This document shows positions 25,046-29,894 of a stretch of 29,894 nt of DNA, in pieces. The DNA is taken from the IMG/VR virus record IMGVR_UViG_3300017548_000014, positions 1 through 29,894 of that record, one strand, 5' to 3'. This DNA comes from a virus (Duplodnaviria > Caudoviricetes). The translations under genes and the position numbers were made by a program. Position 1 is the stretch's first letter; every line of letters starts with the position of its first letter. The notes beneath the pieces were generated by a model, which was given only the letters and a program-made list of their open reading frames with translations, did no database searches and was not told where the DNA came from.

Positions 25046-25816
25046 ATGGGCCTGAAAGCCATTCTCGAGACGATCGACGATCTCCCCGAGGAACAGAAGT
25101 CACTCTATTCCGAGAGCAAGGTCGGCGACAAAACCGTCTTCGTTCTCGACATCGACGACATCGACAACCACCCCAAGGTGCGCGGCGTGGTCACGGCCAA
25201 CCGCGAGAACGTCCGCAAGCGCGACGAGTACAAGGCCAAGGTCGAAGAGCTGGAGGGAAAGGTCTCGGCTCTGCCCGAGGACTTCGATCCCGACGAGTGG
25301 ACGCGGCTCAAGGCCGGCGAAGACGGCAAGCCCGACGAGGCCATTCAGGCGCTTAAGGATCAGCATGCTCGCGCCGTGGAGACCCTGAAGGCCAAGCACT
25401 CGAAAGACCTGGCCGACAAGGATGCGCTTCTCAGCGAGCGCGACGGCTATATCGATCGCACCCTGATCGATGGCGGCCTGAAGGACGCTCTGCTCGACGT
25501 TGGGGTGAACCCCGAACTTCTCGACGGCGCTCTGGCCAGCCTGCGCGGCTCGGTGAAGGTCCACAAGGCGGATGACGGCAACCGTACCGCCATCGTCGAG
25601 ACCGATCTTGGCGACGTGCCTGTGGCCGATTTCGTCAAGGAATGGGCCGGCACCAAAGGCAAGGCCTATCTCGGCAAGCCGTCCGGTCCCGGCGGCGAAG
25701 GCAACAACGGCAACGGCCGCGGCGGGATCAAGACCCAGAGCGGCGACTTCGGCGGCGATAAGAGCGCCCGCACCAAGGCTATCGCCAGCAAGTTCCCTGA
25801 ACTCGCTGACAACTAA
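25046..25816 (+). CDS. Capsid scaffolding protein
   Basis: AGGAG RBS; acidic coiled coil with Gly-rich C-terminus, directly before the capsid gene. Confidence 0.85.
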   Translation: MGLKAILETIDDLPEEQKSLYSESKVGDKTVFVLDIDDIDNHPKVRGVVTANRENVRKRDEYKAKVEELEGKVSALPEDFDPDEWTRLKAGEDGKPDEAIQALKDQHARAVETLKAKHSKDLADKDALLSERDGYIDRTLIDGGLKDALLDVGVNPELLDGALASLRGSVKVHKADDGNRTAIVETDLGDVPVADFVKEWAGTKGKAYLGKPSGPGGEGNNGNGRGGIKTQSGDFGGDKSARTKAIASKFPELADN

Positions 25817-25860
25817 GGCTCGCGGCGCCTCAAGCCGTGCACCCGCGTCTCGATGAGGCT

Positions 25861-25880
25861 CGGGCATTGGGCGATGCCCG
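25861..25880 (+). promoter_or_regulatory. Hairpin in the capsid leader
   Basis: CGGGCAT-tgggcg-ATGCCCG upstream of the AAGGA RBS. Confidence 0.35.
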
Positions 25881-25913
25881 TTCCCTCAACAAGCGACACG
25901 AAAGGACTCTCCC

Positions 25914-26903
25914 ATGTCGCTCTCTCAGATGCAGGTCTTCAACAAGTACTTCATGCCGGCGACGATCGAGACGCTGGCGCAGCTGGTGGAGAAGTTCAAC
26001 GCGGCTTCGGGCGGTGCGATCCGCCTGACCACGGAGGGCTTCGAGGGCGATTTCCTCCAGGAATCGTTCTACGCCGCCATCCACTCGGCCCGCCGTCGCG
26101 TGGACCGCTACGCCACCAATACGGACGCCACGCCGACCGACCTGACGCAGCTCAAGCATTCCTCGGTCAAGGTGGCTGGTGGCTTCGGCCCGGTTCGCTA
26201 CGAGCCGTCGCAGATGACCTGGCTCAACAAGCCCACCGCCGAGGGCGTCGAGGTTGCTTCCCGCAACTTCGCCGAGGCTCTGCTGCAGGACCAGCTCAAC
26301 ACGGCCATTGCCGCTCTCGTTGCGGCCATCGCCAATCAGAGCACCGCCACGACGGTCGATGTCTCGACCGGCTCCGGCGCCAAGAAGGTCGACTACCTCG
26401 CGGTGAACGAGAGCCATGCGCTGTTCGGCGACCATTCCAGCCTGCTCGTTGCTCAGGTGATGGACGGTGTGGCCTATCACAACTTCATCGGCCAGAACCT
26501 CGCCAACAACGAGACCCTGTTCCAGGCCGGCAACGTCCGCGTTGTCGATATCCTGGGGCGCACCTCGGTGGTGACCGATGCCCCGGCGCTTTACACCGCC
26601 GCAGTGGTCTCGCCTGCCGTCGCCGCCAAGCGTCGCGTTCTCTCGCTCGTGGCGGGCGCCGCGACGGTGACCGACAGCCGCGACATCATCTCGAACATCG
26701 AGACGTCGAACGGCAAGGAGCGGATCGAGACCACTCTCCAGATCGATTACACCTTCGGTCTGGGTCTCAAGGGCTACACATGGGACGAGTCCAACGGCGG
26801 CAAGTCGCCGACCGATGCCGAGCTCGCCACGGGCAGCAATTGGGACAAGGTCGCTACGTCAATCAAGCACACCGCCGGCACGCTGGCGGTTGGCCTGGCG
26901 TAA
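25914..26903 (+). CDS. Major capsid protein
   Basis: 329 aa, strong codon bias; FNAASGGAIRL, GLGLKGYTWD, SPTDAELATGSNW; follows the scaffold gene. Confidence 0.92.
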   Translation: MSLSQMQVFNKYFMPATIETLAQLVEKFNAASGGAIRLTTEGFEGDFLQESFYAAIHSARRRVDRYATNTDATPTDLTQLKHSSVKVAGGFGPVRYEPSQMTWLNKPTAEGVEVASRNFAEALLQDQLNTAIAALVAAIANQSTATTVDVSTGSGAKKVDYLAVNESHALFGDHSSLLVAQVMDGVAYHNFIGQNLANNETLFQAGNVRVVDILGRTSVVTDAPALYTAAVVSPAVAAKRRVLSLVAGAATVTDSRDIISNIETSNGKERIETTLQIDYTFGLGLKGYTWDESNGGKSPTDAELATGSNWDKVATSIKHTAGTLAVGLA

Positions 26904-26910
26904 CCAAACG

Positions 26911-26938
26911 AGAGGCGGGGTTTCGATCCCGCCTCTTT
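26911..26938 (+). terminator. Terminator-like hairpin after the capsid gene
   Basis: AGAGGCGGG-gtttcgat-CCCGCCTCT then a pyrimidine run. Confidence 0.7.
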
Positions 26939-26945
26939 CTCTCCG

Positions 26946-27782
26946 ATGAAGACAGCTCTCTGCCTCGGCGGCGCGGTCAGCGTCCGCGATGAGTGGGCAG
27001 ACGCGCTGTCTCTCGGATCATTCGATTATGTCGTGGCCTGCAACGATGTGGGCGCGATCTGGCCCGGTCGCCTCGACGCCTGGGTGACGCTGCATCCCGA
27101 GAAGCTGGCGGCATGGCGGGATCAACGCCGCGCCAACGGCCATCCCGATGCGGCCCGCTACCTCGTCCACGGCGACTATCCGCCGGAGTGGACCGAGTTG
27201 GTCGAGTTCCGGTTTCCTGGACAGGACAACAGCGGATCATCCGGGCTCTTCGCGGCAAAGGCTGCGCTGATCGATCTCGGAGCCGACAGAGCGGTTCTGG
27301 CGGGTATCCCGCTGGTTCGGACCTCACATTTCTTCGATGCCGTCCAGTGGGACGCCGCGGGCGGTTATCGCGCGGTCTGGGAAAGGCTCCGGCCAGAGTA
27401 CCGGACGCGCATCCGATCCATGAGCGGCTGGACCGCGCATTTCTTCGGGCTTCCGACAAGCGAATGGCTGGCCACCGGCGCGACTGACGCCGACGTGCCG
27501 GCCCCAACTCTGGAGAACACCAGAATGACCAAGATCAAGCTGGACAAGATCGCCTATGAGCGGCACCCGGTTTTCCCGGAGCGCAAGCGCGAGCTGAACG
27601 CCCAGGGCTACAAGGTGATGGATATCGCCTTCGCGCCCAAGGGCGCCGCCCCGATCAAGTCGATGACTGCTCCCGCCAGTTCCGAACTCGGAGATCTACG
27701 CAAGCAGTACCGCGCCAAGTTCGGCAAGAATGCTGGCCCGAAATGGACCGCCGACCAGATTCGCGAGAAGCTTTCCGCGTGA
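26946..27782 (+). CDS. GT29/GT42/Maf-like Rossmann domain fused in frame to a small head accessory protein (internal start 27525)
   Basis: ALCLGGA.SV, VVACND, GSSGLFAAKAALIDLGADRAVLAGIPL...HFFD; second part MTKIK...YERHPVFPERKRELNAQGYKVMD has its own GGAGA RBS. Confidence 0.7.
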   Translation: MKTALCLGGAVSVRDEWADALSLGSFDYVVACNDVGAIWPGRLDAWVTLHPEKLAAWRDQRRANGHPDAARYLVHGDYPPEWTELVEFRFPGQDNSGSSGLFAAKAALIDLGADRAVLAGIPLVRTSHFFDAVQWDAAGGYRAVWERLRPEYRTRIRSMSGWTAHFFGLPTSEWLATGATDADVPAPTLENTRMTKIKLDKIAYERHPVFPERKRELNAQGYKVMDIAFAPKGAAPIKSMTAPASSELGDLRKQYRAKFGKNAGPKWTADQIREKLSA

Positions 27783-28357
27783 CCGAGAAGAGCCTGGATG
27801 CGGTCGCTCGGGCCGAGCAGGCGAAATACCGGAAGATGTGGGACCAGCCGGAATACCGGGTCTGGTCTCCCGGCGAAGAGAGCGCCGATGAGGCGATGGA
27901 AGCCTTCGGGCGGTCCTCGGTCATCGACTTCGGATGCGGTGAGGGCCGGGCGCTGGATCGGTTTCTGGCGGCCAGCATGATTGCGGTCGGCGTCGATCTC
28001 GTGCCGCTCCACGACGCCGCGATCGAGGCCTGCCTCTGGGATTTGCCCGACAGTCTGAAACCTGCGGCGTGGGGCTTCTGCGCCGATGTGATGGAGCACC
28101 TGCCAGAGGACAAGGTGGATGCCGTTCTGGCGAACATCGCGTCCAAGGTGCGGATGGGCTGCTACTTCCGGATTTCCACCCTTCCTGACGGGATGGGATG
28201 CCTGATCGGCGAGACGCTGCATCTGACCGTCCGCGATGGCCAATGGTGGCGGACGAAGGTGGTCGGGTGTTTCGAGAGCGCCAAGGTCCGGGTCGCCCCG
28301 GATCACGTCGTCATAGTCGCGCGCAAGAGTATGGGATCGGAACGGGCCGCTGCATGA
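27779..28357 (+). CDS. Class I SAM-dependent methyltransferase
   Basis: VIDFGCGEG, VGVDL, CADVMEHLP; GTGA coupling. Confidence 0.88.
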   Translation: MTEKSLDAVARAEQAKYRKMWDQPEYRVWSPGEESADEAMEAFGRSSVIDFGCGEGRALDRFLAASMIAVGVDLVPLHDAAIEACLWDLPDSLKPAAWGFCADVMEHLPEDKVDAVLANIASKVRMGCYFRISTLPDGMGCLIGETLHLTVRDGQWWRTKVVGCFESAKVRVAPDHVVIVARKSMGSERAAA

Positions 28358-28731
28358 AACACGAGGTCATCTGGATCGAGCGCGGCTGGCAGCCGGTGCA
28401 CATCGGTTTCTGCCCGAGCCGGAAGGCCTGGCGCCGGGAAATGAAGCGCCTCGGGATCAAGGGCGAGGCCTATCCCGAGAGCGACGGCAGGGCGGTGACC
28501 TTCGATCACAAGGACGGCACGGTACTCGTTCTGGTGACGGTGAGGGACGGTTCCGAGAAGGAACACGATCAAGCCGAGATTGCCGGCATCATCGCGCATG
28601 AAGCCACGCATGCCTGGCAGCGTGTGCGACTGACGATGGGCGAGACCGAGCCATCGGCCGAGTTCGAGGCCTATGCCATGCAGGCGATCTTCCAGGGTCT
28701 CTACAGCGCGTTTCTCGAAACGAGAGGATGA
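28354..28731 (+). CDS. Small HExxH zinc-metallopeptidase-like protein
   Basis: IIAHEATHAW...EFEAY; ATGA coupling. Confidence 0.75.
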   Translation: MKHEVIWIERGWQPVHIGFCPSRKAWRREMKRLGIKGEAYPESDGRAVTFDHKDGTVLVLVTVRDGSEKEHDQAEIAGIIAHEATHAWQRVRLTMGETEPSAEFEAYAMQAIFQGLYSAFLETRG

Positions 28732-28734
28732 GCC

Positions 28735-29247
28735 GTGGCCGATTTCTACGGCACCGTCGAGGGCGCCACTACCTATCATGCCGCCCGTGGCAATGCGGCA
28801 TGGTCCGCTTCTGGCGTCACCGATGACCAGCGGAGCGCGGCTTTGTTGCGGGGCAGTTCCGCCCTTGATGGTCAATACGGCAGTCGCTATCCCGGCACCA
28901 AGACTGCCGGGCGGGCGCAGGTTCTCGGATGGCCCAGAACGGGCGCCCAGGACGCCTGTGCGGACGAGGACATTCCCGACGATGAAATCCCGCAGGCGAT
29001 TATCAACGCCGCCTACGAGCTCGCGCTGGCTGAACTGCAGGCGCCGGGCTCTTCCTCCCCATCGGTAACGCTGGGCAGGGTGGTCAAGCGCCAGAAGGTC
29101 GACACGATCGAGCGCGAGTTCTTCTCGGCGACCGAAGGCGCGGCCATGTCGGCGGGATCAATGCGTCCCGTGCTGATGACGGTGGAGGACGCACTGCGCT
29201 GCGTTCTGGTTCCGGCGAGCGCATCAGTCGATCTGTTGAGGATCTGA
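28735..29247 (+). CDS. Head-tail adaptor (DnaT-like family)
   Basis: YHAARGNAAW, ALLRGSSALD, QVLGWPR, IPQAIINAAYELAL, KVDTIEREF. Confidence 0.8.
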   Translation: MADFYGTVEGATTYHAARGNAAWSASGVTDDQRSAALLRGSSALDGQYGSRYPGTKTAGRAQVLGWPRTGAQDACADEDIPDDEIPQAIINAAYELALAELQAPGSSSPSVTLGRVVKRQKVDTIEREFFSATEGAAMSAGSMRPVLMTVEDALRCVLVPASASVDLLRI

Positions 29248-29248
29248 C

Positions 29249-29614
29249 GTGACGGACTTCTATGACGAGATGGCCGGCGTGGCCACGGAGCTTCTGACCG
29301 AGTTCAAACAGGGCTCGGTCGTCCTCCGCCGCACCACCCAGGCCGCGGGCGATAACCCCTGGGAGCCGGGCACCGAGACGACGGTGGACTACCCGCTCAG
29401 CGCCACGGTGCGTCGGGTGCAGCAGAAATACATCGACGGCACACTCATCGTCGGCACCGAGGACCAGATCACGTTCGCCGTGGTCAACGGGATCGCGCCG
29501 AGCATGACGACGGATCGCTTTGTCGTGGATGGCCACGCGCGGGTGCTGAAGGATCTTCGGCCGCTGCCCGCCGCCGGAACGCCGGTGGCCTATATCGCTT
29601 TCGTGGAGGCGTGA
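29249..29614 (+). CDS. Head completion/closure protein
   Basis: FYDEMAGVATELLTEFKQG...YIDGTLIVGTED; follows the adaptor gene. Confidence 0.75.
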   Translation: MTDFYDEMAGVATELLTEFKQGSVVLRRTTQAAGDNPWEPGTETTVDYPLSATVRRVQQKYIDGTLIVGTEDQITFAVVNGIAPSMTTDRFVVDGHARVLKDLRPLPAAGTPVAYIAFVEA

Positions 29615-29894
29615 GTGGCTTTCTCCAACCGCTCCCGCGTCGAGCAGCTTCTCGACCAGTGGGAGCCGGAGATTCGCAATGCCTTCCTCGACGCCATCGA
29701 CGACGTGCGCTCCAACGTGACGTTCAAGGTGATCGTCGAGAAGCTGGAACGGGGCGACATCGACGGCGCGATATCGGCCCTGCAGCTCGATCCCGAGGCC
29801 TTCGCGGATTTCGAGGACGCGCTGTTCCAGGCCTATGTCGACGGCGGCCGCTCCGAGGTCGAGAACCTGCCCAAGCTGCGGGACCGAGACGGCA
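29615..29894 (+). CDS. 5' part of probable minor head morphogenesis (MuF/gp7-like) protein
   Basis: GTG 29615; LLDQWEPEIRNAFLDAIDDVRS...LERGDIDGAISALQLD...AYVDGG; open to the window end. Confidence 0.65.
   Translation, partial: MAFSNRSRVEQLLDQWEPEIRNAFLDAIDDVRSNVTFKVIVEKLERGDIDGAISALQLDPEAFADFEDALFQAYVDGGRSEVENLPKLRDRDG

Larger units (their letters stand above)
1..29894. mobile_element. Lambdoid temperate prophage/phage segment (early-left, immunity, replication, packaging, head modules); both ends outside the window
   Basis: Divergent cI/cro, RecE/RecT, primase/DnaB, terminase-portal-scaffold-capsid order; dense ATGA/TGATG coupling. Confidence 0.97.

Noticed and set aside
1-29894. CRISPR array, integrase/att sites, reverse transcriptase or DGR, IS elements
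   Set aside because: No repeat-spacer array, recombinase, RT or transposase motifs seen in this window

Overview
The whole window is the central part of a GC-rich lambdoid temperate (pro)phage of an alphaproteobacterium; the host is inferred from GcrA-like and GapR-like genes and the Cro type. A leftward early operon (1-7331) encodes HNH nucleases, two DEDDh-type exonucleases, RecE/RecT and small unknown ORFs. An accessory block follows (7410-9400), then the cI/cro switch with TGATA-N4-TATCA operators. The rightward early/replication operon encodes CII-like, GcrA-like, LexA-DBD, GapR-like, HNH, RuvC-like, C5-methyltransferase, primase, DnaB and a late regulator. The DNA packaging/head module runs off the right edge. 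No integrase, tail or lysis genes lie in the window. Most notable: (1) a ~250-nt highly structured candidate ncRNA next to PL, upstream of decayed ORFs including an HNH-type remnant; (2) a lower-GC three-gene toxin/HTH-antitoxin/beta-rich third-protein cassette at the rexAB-equivalent position; (3) a C5-methyltransferase with a nested out-of-frame second subunit; (4) a glycosyltransferase-like domain fused to a head accessory protein, plus a SAM methyltransferase, directly after the capsid gene; (5) tRNA-like and other structured RNA elements in the late leader. All family assignments are by motif recognition by eye; no database search was run.
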